Source: Alphaproteobacteria bacterium
Lineage (GTDB): Bacteria; Pseudomonadota; Alphaproteobacteria; Micavibrionales; Micavibrionaceae
Direction: 5' to 3'
DNA length: 64,000 bases
Assembly (NCBI GenBank): GCA_052387095.1
Contig: JBQTJN010000044.1
Span: forward strand, 310-64,309
The notes below the pieces were generated by a model. It searched no databases. It saw nothing but the letters and a program-made list of their open reading frames with translations, and was not told where the DNA came from. The stretch's first letter is position 1. Each line of letters opens with the position of its first letter. Below are positions 10,118 to 20,239 of this stretch, in pieces. The position numbers and the translations under genes are program-made.

Positions 10118-11047
10118 ATGGCCTATATAAAGAAAGTCATCGGACCGGACGAGCAGCAGATCGGCATTACGACGGTTCACTGGATCTATGGCGCCCAGGG
10201 GTTGGCATGGCTCGCCAGCCTGATGCTTTTCGGTGCGAGTATCAAGCTCGGCCTGGATTGGGGTTTCGGCCTATCTGATAACGAGAGTCCTGCTGTTACG
10301 GCCCTCTATATTATTTCTGCCTATATATTCTGGATCTGCACATTACTTGGCGTCGTGCTTTTTATCCTTTATTTCGTGATGATGATCAGCACCGAAATCG
10401 GCCTCACCAGCAAGCGAGTCATCTACAAGCGCGGCTGGATTTTCATCGCTGTGAAACAGATTGATCTCGAGGAAATCAAGGCCGCCGACGTCGATAGCGG
10501 TATATTCGGGCGTTTTCTCAATTACGGTTATGTGTCATTCGACGCGCGCTTTGTGCAAAATATGATATTGCCGGCCTTAGCCGACCCGCACCGTTTTGTA
10601 AAAGCCTTGAACGAAGCACGCACCATGATCAAGCAGAATGGCGGTTCAATGACGGTCATGCTTGATGGCAATAAAAAACCAGGGGAGCTTAAAATCAAGG
10701 AAGAAAAACCCGGGAAAAAACGCCGCCCTAAAAAACAGAAAGCGAAAGTCGAACCGCCGCCGGAGCCGCCGGCGCACGATCTGAACGAAGAGCGTTACAG
10801 CACCATGGAAACGGATCAGCCGGCTGGTCACCTGCAGGAATTTGCGCGGGAAACTGTCGAAGCCATCGCGAATATTCCCAATACAACCATTCACGATTCG
10901 AAAACCTCCGAACCTCCGAAGCAGGGCCAGCCCGCACCTAAACCCGGCCCGCTTGTTTTCCTCCGCGACCCGAAACAGCGCAAGGAAGAGCTGCGCCGCC
11001 GCCTCAAAAGCGCATTTTCTTATAAAACCCGCCGCAAAGCGCCCTAA
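10118..11047 (+). CDS. Membrane protein with bacterial PH (bPH_2/YdbT-like) domain and Lys/Pro-rich C-terminal tail
   Basis: Two or three TM segments followed by TSKRVIYKRGWIFIAVKQIDLEEIKAADVDSGIFGRFLNYGYVSF, which is typical of bPH_2. The C-terminal ~120 aa are low complexity (KKPGELKIKEEKPGKKRRPKKQKAK...). Confidence 0.7.
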   Translation: MAYIKKVIGPDEQQIGITTVHWIYGAQGLAWLASLMLFGASIKLGLDWGFGLSDNESPAVTALYIISAYIFWICTLLGVVLFILYFVMMISTEIGLTSKRVIYKRGWIFIAVKQIDLEEIKAADVDSGIFGRFLNYGYVSFDARFVQNMILPALADPHRFVKALNEARTMIKQNGGSMTVMLDGNKKPGELKIKEEKPGKKRRPKKQKAKVEPPPEPPAHDLNEERYSTMETDQPAGHLQEFARETVEAIANIPNTTIHDSKTSEPPKQGQPAPKPGPLVFLRDPKQRKEELRRRLKSAFSYKTRRKAP

Positions 11048-11111
11048 ATGGCTTTTGAATTCCGGCCTTCTATATTGTAAGTATCGCTCTCTTAAGAGAT
11101 AATCGAAAGCC

Positions 11112-12077
11112 ATGACCTATAACCCCGATTTGCTGGATAAGGCCAAGCGCCATCCTGAAAAGCAGAAAAATCCGGACCGGCCGTCGGGCCGCAAGCCGCC
11201 ATGGATCCGCGTGCCCGCACCGCAGGGCGCTCTTTATAATGAGACGCGCGACATTGTCCGCAAGCATAAACTCACCACCGTCTGCGAAGAGGCGGGCTGC
11301 CCGAACATCGGTGAATGCTGGCAGAAAAAACACGCAACCTTCATGATCATGGGTGAGGTCTGCACGCGCGCCTGTGCGTTCTGTAATGTTGCCACCGGCC
11401 GCCCGGATTTGCTCGATAAGCTCGAGCCGCTGCGCATCGGCGTCGCCGTCAAGCAGATGGGCCTCAGCCATGTCGTCATCACCTCCGTCGACCGCGACGA
11501 TCTTGATGACGGCGGTGCCGATCACTTTGTCAAAACCATCATGGCCATCCGCATGAAAAGCCCGGGCACGACAGTGGAAATCCTCACCCCCGATTTCAAG
11601 GGGAAAAACGGCGCCGTCGATACCGTCGCGCTCGCGCGCCCCGATGTATTCAACCACAATCTCGAAACCGTGCCGCGGCTATACCCCACCATCCGCCCCG
11701 GTGCGCGTTTTTATACCTCGCTACGTCTGCTCGAGCGCGTCAAGGAAGTTGACCCGTCGATTTTTACAAAGTCCGGCATCATGGTCGGGCTCGGCGAAAC
11801 GAAAGAGGAAATTTCGCAGGTGATGGACGACATGCGTGCGGCGCAGGTTGATTTCATGACTATCGGCCAGTATCTGCAGCCTACACCCAAGCACGCGCCA
11901 GTTGATCGATTCTGGACGCCGGAAGAATTTGAGGGTCTCGGCAAGATTGCCCGCAATAAAGGCTTCCTGATGGTCTCCGCCTCCCCGCTGACGCGTTCTT
12001 CACATCATGCCGGGGATGATTTCGCGAAACTCAAAGCCGCGCGCGATGAAAAACTGACAAAAAATGCCGCTGAATAA
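11112..12077 (+). CDS. lipA: Lipoyl synthase
   Basis: [13 protein letters not shown] and [10 protein letters not shown] radical-SAM/auxiliary cluster motifs, at canonical length. Confidence 0.96.
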   Translation: MTYNPDLLDKAKRHPEKQKNPDRPSGRKPPWIRVPAPQGALYNETRDIVRKHKLTTVCEEAGCPNIGECWQKKHATFMIMGEVCTRACAFCNVATGRPDLLDKLEPLRIGVAVKQMGLSHVVITSVDRDDLDDGGADHFVKTIMAIRMKSPGTTVEILTPDFKGKNGAVDTVALARPDVFNHNLETVPRLYPTIRPGARFYTSLRLLERVKEVDPSIFTKSGIMVGLGETKEEISQVMDDMRAAQVDFMTIGQYLQPTPKHAPVDRFWTPEEFEGLGKIARNKGFLMVSASPLTRSSHHAGDDFAKLKAARDEKLTKNAAE

Positions 12078-12107
12078 TTTGTCTACGTGCCGGCCATCAC
12101 ATTTTTT

Positions 12108-12162
12108 GCATCCTGACGAAAGTCAGGATCCATTTATGGATCCCAAATCAAGTTTGGGATGC
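12108..12162. repeat. Family-3 palindromic element (GCATCCTGACGAAAGTCAGGATCCAT...)
   Basis: Contains nested hairpins ATCCTGAC/GTCAGGAT and GGATCCCAAA/TTTGGGATGC. Its 5' ~30 nt are shared with the copy at 59888. Confidence 0.7.
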
Positions 12163-12167
12163 AATGT

Positions 12168-12602
12168 ATGACAACTCACGCCGAACAGCGCCGCCTGCCT
12201 TACACACCGGAGCAGCTTTTTGATCTCGTCGCCGCTGTCGAGCGTTATCCGGAATTTTTACCGTGGTGCATTTCCGCGCGTATTAAAAAGCGTGAAGATG
12301 ATGTGCTCTATGCTAACCTCGTCATTGGCTACAGGCTGGTGCGGGAAAAATTTACCTCGAAAGTGACGCTCGAAAAACCTGAGCGCATCCACGTAGAATA
12401 TCTCAGCGGCCCGATGAAGCATCTCTCCAACCATTGGCGCTTTATCCGCGAACCAGACAACAGTTGCACGATTGATTTCTACGTCGATTTCGAATTCAAA
12501 AACGCATTTTTCCAGAAACTGATGGGTGTTTTCTTCAATGAAATCGTGCGGCGCATGGTGTCCTCGTTCGAAACACGCGCAAAAAATCTCTACGGATCTT
12601 AA
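12168..12602 (+). CDS. SRPBCC/START-domain protein of the RatA / COQ10 family
   Basis: LPYTPEQLFDLVAAVERYPEFLPWC...HWRF is typical RatA/COQ10-like. The ORF starts at 12159, but that codon lies inside the repeat, so I prefer ATG 12168. Confidence 0.8.
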   Translation: MTTHAEQRRLPYTPEQLFDLVAAVERYPEFLPWCISARIKKREDDVLYANLVIGYRLVREKFTSKVTLEKPERIHVEYLSGPMKHLSNHWRFIREPDNSCTIDFYVDFEFKNAFFQKLMGVFFNEIVRRMVSSFETRAKNLYGS

Positions 12603-13543
12603 GCCGCGTTTTTATCCCACAGAGGGCGCCAGTCATAAAGCGGCGGCAGGGTATTTTCAAACTGCAGGTGCACCGCGGCGGGCCGCATTGGTGAAAACCC
12701 CGGAACCGTGCGGAATAATTTATTCGTCGTGCGCGCTTCCGATCCTTTTTTGCGGTATTTTTTCACGCCGACGAATTTTGTATTCTCAAAATACAGCCAG
12801 TGATCCCGCACCACGTGCCCATGCGTGATAAAAGTATGCGTGGCGTTGCGTATGGTGCGCCAGTGCCGATCCGGCCCTGTGACAATATAAGACGGGTGAT
12901 GATCTTCGTATAAAACAATCCGCTCCTGCGGGTAAATCATGATGTTGGTGCCGAGTTTTTTTGCCATATCTTCATAAAAACGCCAGCAGACCTCGATTGC
13001 ATCCGGCTCGTGCAGGTAATCATCCTCGCAGAAATACACAATCGCGTTCTCGCTGCGCCCCATCATGAACTGCTCATGCAGGGAAGGGCCTTGCCCCGGC
13101 TCCCTGGTTTGCCGGACTGTCCATTTGCAATCCAGTTTTTCCCAGACAGATTTGATCTGGGTAATAAATTCCGCATCCGACCGGTCATCGAGATTTATCA
13201 CCTCGATGTCCTTAGCCGTCATGCTCTGTAATGCGTTATTCACCGACGTGACCAGGGAACGCAGGCATCTGTAAGTATTCTCGGAGAGCGGTGCGCCGGT
13301 TACGCGCGGTGCCTGGTTTACATTGCGGTTGACGCGGATGCAGGTCCGTACAAAAATGACCATTTTATCAAGATTGGAATCCGTAAAATTTCTGTTTCTC
13401 GTGGCGCTCGCGCGTAAAGCCGTCAGGGTCGTGTCCTTTTTCTCCAGCTCCGGAATCCGCAATATATTCGGCGCATTGTATTTCCGCACATGATATCCGA
13501 AAGGCTTCAGACTGCTGGAAAGTAGTTTCAACAGGTCGTTCAT
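12599..13543 (-). CDS. Hypothetical protein, possible GT-A-fold glycosyltransferase (DXD-like EDD motif)
   Basis: 314 aa. MVIFVRTC (beta1-like), INLDDRSD and VYFCEDDYL resemble GT-A signature positions. The start overlaps the cinA stop (ATGA). The stop overlaps the ratA-like stop convergently (TTAA). Confidence 0.6.
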   Translation of the reverse strand: MNDLLKLLSSSLKPFGYHVRKYNAPNILRIPELEKKDTTLTALRASATRNRNFTDSNLDKMVIFVRTCIRVNRNVNQAPRVTGAPLSENTYRCLRSLVTSVNNALQSMTAKDIEVINLDDRSDAEFITQIKSVWEKLDCKWTVRQTREPGQGPSLHEQFMMGRSENAIVYFCEDDYLHEPDAIEVCWRFYEDMAKKLGTNIMIYPQERIVLYEDHHPSYIVTGPDRHWRTIRNATHTFITHGHVVRDHWLYFENTKFVGVKKYRKKGSEARTTNKLFRTVPGFSPMRPAAVHLQFENTLPPLYDWRPLWDKNAA

Positions 13544-14025
13544 GAAGATTTTTCCTGTAATTCTTTAATTAACATCTCCAGTGCCGCCCGCGTCGATTGT
13601 TCGCGGATGCTCTGGCGGTTGCCGCTGAAGTTATATTCGTTAACGGAGGTTTTTTGTTTTGAATCGGCATAGGCGATATAAACCCGCCCCACCGGCTTGT
13701 CCTCGCTGCCGCCATCTGGCCCCGCAACGCCCGTGATCGACACCGCTATTTCGGCGTGGCTGTTATTAACAGCGCCCAATGCCATCGTTTCGGCCGTTTC
13801 ACGCGACACCGCGCCCTTATTTTCGATGACTTCAGGCGCGACATTCAGCAGCTCAATTTTTGCTTCGTTGGAATAGGTGATAAAGCCGCGCTCGAAATTC
13901 GTCGATGCCCCGGAACGTGCTGTGATCGCGCTCGACAGCATGCCGCCGGTACAGGATTCCGCCACGGCAAGCGTAACCTTCTTTTTTTCCATCAGGACAG
14001 CAAGTTTCTCAACCAAATCCTGCAT
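13540..14025 (-). CDS. pncC: CinA-family nicotinamide-nucleotide amidohydrolase (PncC domain)
   Basis: VAESCTGGMLSSAIT, SITGVAGPDGG and GRVYIA are a canonical CinA C-terminal domain. Confidence 0.88.
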   Translation of the reverse strand: MQDLVEKLAVLMEKKKVTLAVAESCTGGMLSSAITARSGASTNFERGFITYSNEAKIELLNVAPEVIENKGAVSRETAETMALGAVNNSHAEIAVSITGVAGPDGGSEDKPVGRVYIAYADSKQKTSVNEYNFSGNRQSIREQSTRAALEMLIKELQEKSS

Positions 14026-14515
14026 AACGCACTCCTACAATACAAAATGCCGCCAGCAGTCCCGCCAGCAGGTCATCCGCCATCACGCCCCATGCGCCGT
14101 CCTGCTCTTCCATCCATTTAACGGGTCCGGGTTTAACAATGTCGAAGAACCGGAAAAACAGGAATGCCAGGATAACCAGCTTGAAATTGAGCCCTGTTGC
14201 CAGCAGCGCGATCCACTGACCGCAGATCTCGTCAATCACAACCATCTTGCAGTCATGTGTCGCAGTTTTCTGTTCAAATTCCCGGACGGCATAGTATCCT
14301 GCAAAGCACAGCGCAATAATCGCCAGTACAAAAACGCCTTGCCCGCAAAAAGCATAAATCAGGATCCCGAATGGCAGGGCGCCGAGCGACCCCCATGTGC
14401 CGGGACCCGGCTTGAGAATGCCCAGGCCAAACCAAGTCGACAGCCACGTATAGCGCTTTTTAAAATCGAGCGCGCTTATGACGCGTTTTTCTTCGTCGCT
14501 ATATTTTAAAATCAT
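14009..14515 (-). CDS. pgpA: Phosphatidylglycerophosphatase A
   Basis: FGLGILKPGPGTWGSLGALP, FRFFDIVKPGP and DDLLAG are canonical PgpA. Confidence 0.88.
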   Translation of the reverse strand: MILKYSDEEKRVISALDFKKRYTWLSTWFGLGILKPGPGTWGSLGALPFGILIYAFCGQGVFVLAIIALCFAGYYAVREFEQKTATHDCKMVVIDEICGQWIALLATGLNFKLVILAFLFFRFFDIVKPGPVKWMEEQDGAWGVMADDLLAGLLAAFCIVGVRYAGFG

Positions 14516-15687
14516 GATCGCATCCCGACTGTTGCCACGGCTTGTGCAGATATGCCTTCACCGCGGCCTGTAAATCCCAGTTTTTCTGTTGTCGTCGCCT
14601 TCACATTCACGCGCTCAGAATCGAGTATAAGGATTTCGGCAATCCGTTCTTGCATTTTCTCGCGGTAGGGCGCGATTCTCGGCGCTTCGCAGATTAATGT
14701 CACATCGATATTGCGGATCTTGCCGCCCTTGCTCCGTACAATCTCAAGCGCCTTTTGCAAAAACACCACGCTGTCCATATTTTTATAGGCGGAATCTGAC
14801 GGCGGGAAATGCTGGCCGATATCACCGGCACCGACCGCGCCGAGCAGAGCGTCTGTAATCGCGTGCAACCCGACATCCGCGTCCGAATGCCCCGCCAGCC
14901 CGCGATCATGTGCGACCTCGACTCCGCACAACATCAGTTTGCGGTTTTCATCGTCACGCTCGAACGCGTGGACATCAAATCCCATACCGGTGCGCGTTTC
15001 CATTGTCGTGCTCATCAGTCTCTCTGCCATTTCCAGATCATCCGCATAGGTCACCTTGATATTCCGCCGCGAACCCTCAACCAGTTTTACAGGGATGCCA
15101 AGGGCGGAGACAAGACCGGTATCATCCGTATAGGCCGTGTTTTTATCCGCCGCCGCGTGCGCCCTTTTAAGAACACCGAACCGGAAGGCCTGCGGCGTCT
15201 GCACCGCCCAGAGTCCGGTACGGTCAACAACCTCATGGCCCTTCCGGAGCGTGTCCGAAACCGGCACGGCGAGGCTGGCGGCCTCATGGGTCTGCATGGC
15301 TTCCAGCAACTTATAGATGTCAGTCCGCTCCACCAGCGGCCGCACCGCGTCATGGATCAAAATAATGGACTCATCCGCTATGTTAGATATTTGCGATAAA
15401 GAACTGTAAACACTAAGTTTCCGATCGCCAGCCCCCATCAAAGGGGGCGCCAGGTTCAGCCCGTGCACCGCGTCTTTATAGAGATCTATATGATCCGGGT
15501 GGATAATGACCCTCAAAGACTCCAGCTCTTCCAGAGCCAGAAAAGCCTCAATTGTGTGCCTTAACAAGGGCTTGCCGATAAGAACCATGTATTGCTTCGG
15601 TAAGTCCGATGGCAGACGCTCACCGCTGCCTGCGGCGGCAATCAAAACATGGAATTCCGGGGTTTTATCGCGTTTTTTCATGTCCAT
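14512..15687 (-). CDS. ispDF: Bifunctional 2-C-methyl-D-erythritol 4-phosphate cytidylyltransferase / MEcPP synthase
   Basis: The N-terminal half has AAGSGERL (IspD). The C-terminal half has GMGFDVHAF...GHSDADV (IspF). This fusion is typical of alphaproteobacteria. Confidence 0.95.
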   Translation of the reverse strand: MDMKKRDKTPEFHVLIAAAGSGERLPSDLPKQYMVLIGKPLLRHTIEAFLALEELESLRVIIHPDHIDLYKDAVHGLNLAPPLMGAGDRKLSVYSSLSQISNIADESIILIHDAVRPLVERTDIYKLLEAMQTHEAASLAVPVSDTLRKGHEVVDRTGLWAVQTPQAFRFGVLKRAHAAADKNTAYTDDTGLVSALGIPVKLVEGSRRNIKVTYADDLEMAERLMSTTMETRTGMGFDVHAFERDDENRKLMLCGVEVAHDRGLAGHSDADVGLHAITDALLGAVGAGDIGQHFPPSDSAYKNMDSVVFLQKALEIVRSKGGKIRNIDVTLICEAPRIAPYREKMQERIAEILILDSERVNVKATTTEKLGFTGRGEGISAQAVATVGMRS

Positions 15688-15750
15688 TCCGTTGCTTATT
15701 TATCACTAGCCGTATAAAAGCTTTGATATTCCTGATTTTTTCAAGAAATC

Positions 15751-18045
15751 ATGATTAGCAGGATTGCCGCAACGATGAAATCTTTATCCCAAAGCCCGGG
15801 CGCGCCGACAACGCCACCTAAAAAGTTCTGGAAAGTAGCGCGGCGATGGGAAAACCGTGTCGCCGCCTTGCTGATGGTGCTGGCCGTTCTCGGCGGTATC
15901 GCGACTTATGCTGCGCTCAAGGAAGTCCCGCCACTGGGCAACGATCCCGACACGGTCATATGGCTCCTCAATATTGATCTCATCATCCTGGTCATGCTGG
16001 TCGGGTTGATCGCCCGCCGCCTGGTCAGCGTCTGGAGCGGGCGCAAACGCGGCATCGCCGGATCGCACCTGCATGTGCGTCTCGTATATATTTTCAGCCT
16101 GATCGCCGCCGCGCCCGTCATCGTCATGACAATTTTCTCCGCGCTGTTTTTTCATTTCGGCGTGCAGACATGGTTCAGCGAACGCGTCGCCACAGCCGTT
16201 AATGAATCACAAGCCGTTGCCGAAGCCTATCTCGATGAACATACGCAAGCCATCCGCGCCGACACACTCGCCATGGCGGGCGACATCGACCGACAGGGAA
16301 ATTTTCTCTCCGATAATGAAGCCGCTTTCGAAAAAACAATCCAGACGCAGTCTTTCCTGCGCAATCTCTCCGAAGCAATTGTTTTCGACACTACGGGCCG
16401 CGTTTTGGTGCGTTCCGGTCTGACATTTTCTCTCGAGTTCGAGGATATTCCCCAATACGCCATGCAGCAGGCGGGTGAAGGCGATGTTGTTGTCATGATG
16501 GGAGCGGGGGGCGACCGCGTCCGTGCACTCATCAAGCTGAACAGCCTTTCCGACACGTTTTTATATGTCGGCCGCATGGTCGACCCGCAGGTTCTCTCGC
16601 ATGTCAGCTCGACGCGCCGGGCCTCGGAGGATTACGCCAGCCTGCAATCGCGCTATTCTGACTTCCAGGTCACGGTGACGATGATTTTCGTATTGGTCGG
16701 TCTGGTGTTGGTCATGGCGGCGACATGGCTCGGCCTTATACTTGCGCGCCAGTTGGTACAACCCATCGGCACTCTGATCAGCGCTGCCGACCGCGTCCGC
16801 GCCGGCGATTTAACCACGCGGGTGCCGCAGGAGGGCGGCCTGCAGGAATTCGATTATCTCGCGCACGCTTTCAACCGTATGACCAAACAGATCGATGAGC
16901 AGCAGAATGAGCTGCTCGAAGCCAACCGCCAGATGGATCGCCGCCGCCGCTTCACCGAAACCGTTTTGACGGGTGTTTCGTCGGGTGTTCTCGGTCTTGA
17001 TGCACGTGGGATCGTAACGCTGGCCAACAGTTCAGCGCACAGCCTCCTGGAGTTTGACAAAAAAGACCTTGTCGGCCTGCCGGCCGGCGACATTATCCCC
17101 GGCATGGAAGATCTCCTGAAGAAAGCACATGAGCGCTCGGGGAAAATCACCCAGGGACAATTATCGCTCGCGCAGAAAAACAAACCCAAGCGCGATTTCC
17201 TTGTCCGCATCGGCATTGAAACGCTGAATGAACAGGAAATCGGTGCCGTCGTGACATTCGACGACATCACCGAGCTGCAATCGGCACAGCGTAAAGCAGC
17301 CTGGGCTGATGTGGCGCGCCGCATCGCGCATGAAATCAAAAACCCGTTAACTCCAATCCAGCTTTCGGCCGAGCGTCTGCGCCGCAAATACCTGAGCCAG
17401 ATCAAGGATGACCCGGAAACATTTTCCCAGTGCATTGAAACTATTATACGCCACGTCGCCGACATCGAGCGCATGGTCAGCGAGTTTTCATCTTTTGCCC
17501 GCATGCCTGAGCCGGTCATGAAGCAGGAAAATCTTGAAAAACACGTCCGCGAAACGCTTGTGCTGCACCGGCAGGCGCATCCCGATATCGAATTTAATTT
17601 CACGGCTTTGGAATCTCCCACCGCCGCCTATGATGCGCAGCAGATCCGCCAGGCCATTAATAATCTTATCCAGAACTCCGTGGATGCTATCCATGGCCGC
17701 ATTGAAAAAGACGAAGACAGGCGGTCAGGAAGAATCAATGTATTGATGACATCTTATGGCCGCGATGAAATTGCTATCGTCATCACGGATAATGGTGCGG
17801 GCTTGCCGGACGTTGAAAACCCCGTGCAACTGGCTGAGCCTTACGTGACACATAAGCTTAAAGGGACAGGGCTTGGCCTGGCCATTGTCAAAAAAATCAT
17901 GGAAGACCACAAGGGCAATCTGCTGATTGGTGCGCCGGAATGGCTGGCTTCGGTGAAAGAATGGCAGGATCTCGGCGGCGCAACATTGGCTCTCGTCATG
18001 CCCGCAGATAGAATTCCTGCTGCAAGCGGGCAGGAGGCGGCATGA
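15751..18045 (+). CDS. ntrY: Sensor histidine kinase NtrY
   Basis: Four N-terminal TM segments, HAMP, PAS, H-box RRIAHEIKNPLTPIQLSAERL, and N/G boxes (DNGAGL, GTGLGLAIVKKI). It is directly followed by ntrX. Confidence 0.9.
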   Translation: MISRIAATMKSLSQSPGAPTTPPKKFWKVARRWENRVAALLMVLAVLGGIATYAALKEVPPLGNDPDTVIWLLNIDLIILVMLVGLIARRLVSVWSGRKRGIAGSHLHVRLVYIFSLIAAAPVIVMTIFSALFFHFGVQTWFSERVATAVNESQAVAEAYLDEHTQAIRADTLAMAGDIDRQGNFLSDNEAAFEKTIQTQSFLRNLSEAIVFDTTGRVLVRSGLTFSLEFEDIPQYAMQQAGEGDVVVMMGAGGDRVRALIKLNSLSDTFLYVGRMVDPQVLSHVSSTRRASEDYASLQSRYSDFQVTVTMIFVLVGLVLVMAATWLGLILARQLVQPIGTLISAADRVRAGDLTTRVPQEGGLQEFDYLAHAFNRMTKQIDEQQNELLEANRQMDRRRRFTETVLTGVSSGVLGLDARGIVTLANSSAHSLLEFDKKDLVGLPAGDIIPGMEDLLKKAHERSGKITQGQLSLAQKNKPKRDFLVRIGIETLNEQEIGAVVTFDDITELQSAQRKAAWADVARRIAHEIKNPLTPIQLSAERLRRKYLSQIKDDPETFSQCIETIIRHVADIERMVSEFSSFARMPEPVMKQENLEKHVRETLVLHRQAHPDIEFNFTALESPTAAYDAQQIRQAINNLIQNSVDAIHGRIEKDEDRRSGRINVLMTSYGRDEIAIVITDNGAGLPDVENPVQLAEPYVTHKLKGTGLGLAIVKKIMEDHKGNLLIGAPEWLASVKEWQDLGGATLALVMPADRIPAASGQEAA

Positions 18046-19439
18046 GCGAAAATATTCTCATCGTTGACGACGAATCTGATATCCGCACGCTGATCCAGGC
18101 AATTCTGGAAGATGAAGGCTATAAAACGCGTGGCGCAGCGAATGCGAAGCAGGCTTATGAGGAAATTGCCGGCGCCATGCCGGATCTCGTCATTCTCGAT
18201 ATCTGGTTGCAGGGCAGTGAGCATGATGGCCTGCAGATTCTGGACAATATCAAGGCTGAAACCCCCAATCTGCCCGTCTTGATGATCAGCGGCCATGGTA
18301 CGATTGAAACCGCCGTCTCCTCGATTAGGCAGGGCGCGTATGATTTCATTGAAAAACCGTTCAAGGCCGACCGGCTTTTGCTGATGATCCGCCGTGCGCT
18401 GGAGAATGCCGAACTGCGCCGGGAAAATGAATCGCTCAGGAAAAAAACGGAAGGGAACACCACATTGGTCGGCGAGTCTCCGGCCATGCAGAGCTTGATT
18501 CAAATCCTGAACCGCGTTGCCCCGACCAACAGTCGTGTCCTTATCACTGGTGAACCGGGTACTGGCAAGGATATTGCCGCACGCTATATTCACAGTGCCT
18601 CGGGACGCGCTGGAAAGCCGTTTCTGGCTGTTAACTGTGCCTCGCTCAATGCCGAAACTCTCGAGATGGAATTGTTTGGCTCCGCCGCAAAAGGCAAACA
18701 GCCCGCGACATCCGGCCTGCTGGAGCGTGCGCATGGCGGCACACTGCTGCTTGACGAAGTGGCCGACATGCCGCCAGAAACGCAGGCAAAAATCATGCGC
18801 GTCCTGCAGGAACAGAAATTCCGCAAACTGAATGGCGGCGAGGAAATTGAAGTTGATGTACGCATCCTTTCCTCAACCAACCGCGATCTTGAAAAAGAAA
18901 TCGCCGCTGGCTCATTCCGGCAGGATTTGTTTTTCCGCCTCAATGTCGTGCCGGTCGAAATGCCGCCCCTCAAGAAAAGAGCGCAGGATATAGAGGCGCT
19001 GGCTGCGCATTTTGTCGAGATGATGGCAAGTCAAGCGGGTCTGCCGCGCGGTGAATTTATGCCGGATGCTATTAAGACCATGCAGGCCTATCCGTGGTCC
19101 GGCAATATCCGCCAGCTTCGTAACACGGTGGAATGGGTGCTGATCATGCATGGACCGAAAACATCCAGATTCAATAAATCACATCTGCCGCCTGCCATTT
19201 CCGTCGAGGCGGGGCAGGGCGGCAAGAACGGTCCATCTGTCGACCTTCTGTCATTACCGCTCCGCGAAGCGCGTGAGGCGTTCGAGCGCAAATATCTTGC
19301 GGCTCAGGTTGAGCGTTTCGAGGGGAGCATTTCAAAAACCGCGCAGTTTGTCGGCATGGAGCGTTCAGCTTTGCACCGCAAATTAAAATCCCTGAATATC
19401 GGTGAAGATGAAGCACCGAAAGAAGCGAAGGCGGGATAA
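18042..19439 (+). CDS. ntrX: Response regulator NtrX (receiver, AAA+ and HTH domains)
   Basis: ILIVDDE...DLVILDIWL receiver domain, GEPGTGKD Walker A, and a C-terminal HTH. No GAFTGA motif is visible, as reported for NtrX. The start overlaps the ntrY stop (ATGA). Confidence 0.9.
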   Translation: MSENILIVDDESDIRTLIQAILEDEGYKTRGAANAKQAYEEIAGAMPDLVILDIWLQGSEHDGLQILDNIKAETPNLPVLMISGHGTIETAVSSIRQGAYDFIEKPFKADRLLLMIRRALENAELRRENESLRKKTEGNTTLVGESPAMQSLIQILNRVAPTNSRVLITGEPGTGKDIAARYIHSASGRAGKPFLAVNCASLNAETLEMELFGSAAKGKQPATSGLLERAHGGTLLLDEVADMPPETQAKIMRVLQEQKFRKLNGGEEIEVDVRILSSTNRDLEKEIAAGSFRQDLFFRLNVVPVEMPPLKKRAQDIEALAAHFVEMMASQAGLPRGEFMPDAIKTMQAYPWSGNIRQLRNTVEWVLIMHGPKTSRFNKSHLPPAISVEAGQGGKNGPSVDLLSLPLREAREAFERKYLAAQVERFEGSISKTAQFVGMERSALHRKLKSLNIGEDEAPKEAKAG

Positions 19440-20239
19440 TGAAACTCGGCATTTTTGATTCCGGCCTCGGCGGTCTTGCCATCACCAAATCGATTCGCGA
19501 TGCGCTGCCCGATATCGATATCATCTATTTCGGCGATACGTTGCATCTGCCTTACGGCAATCGTTCGGAAGACACGATTTACCTCTACACACAGCGCTGC
19601 ATGGAATACCTCTTCCAGCAGGATTGCAAGCTGATCATCATTGCCTGCAACACCGCCAGCGCTTCGGCCCTGCGCCGCCTGCAGCAGGAATGGCTCCCCA
19701 AAAATCACCCGGACCGCAACATTATCGGCGTCATTGTCCCGACCCTCGAAGCGGCGCTTGATGCCGGCTGCAAGAAAATCGGCCTGATCGCCACCAATCA
19801 CACGATCACGTCCGATGTTTACACGCAGGAGCTCGGTAAAATTGACCCGTCGATTCAAATGATCGGCAAGGCCACCCCATTGCTTGTGCCGCTCATAGAA
19901 AATGACGGTATGAAATGGGCGCCGGGCGTGCTTGAAGATTATTTGCAGCCGCTTCTCGAGCAGAAAATTGAATGCCTCATTCTCGGCTGCACGCATTATG
20001 TGTGTTTGAAGGATATTCTGGGGCCGCTTATGAACGGCGTCAAAATTCTTTCGCAGGATGACATTATCCCGCAAAAACTGGCGTATTATTTGACCCGCCA
20101 CCCGGAATATAGCGATGCAATCAGCCGCAATGCCTGCATAGAATTTCGTGTCAGTGACGTCACAGACAATTACTGCAACGCTGCGCGGGCAATTTACGGC
20201 GCAGACATTCAAATCAACAAGGCCATCCTCCCCGCATGA
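19439..20239 (+). CDS. murI: Glutamate racemase
   Basis: GIFDSGLGGL, IIACNTASA and LGCTHY are canonical MurI. The start overlaps the ntrX stop (TAATG). Confidence 0.93.
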   Translation: MKLGIFDSGLGGLAITKSIRDALPDIDIIYFGDTLHLPYGNRSEDTIYLYTQRCMEYLFQQDCKLIIIACNTASASALRRLQQEWLPKNHPDRNIIGVIVPTLEAALDAGCKKIGLIATNHTITSDVYTQELGKIDPSIQMIGKATPLLVPLIENDGMKWAPGVLEDYLQPLLEQKIECLILGCTHYVCLKDILGPLMNGVKILSQDDIIPQKLAYYLTRHPEYSDAISRNACIEFRVSDVTDNYCNAARAIYGADIQINKAILPA

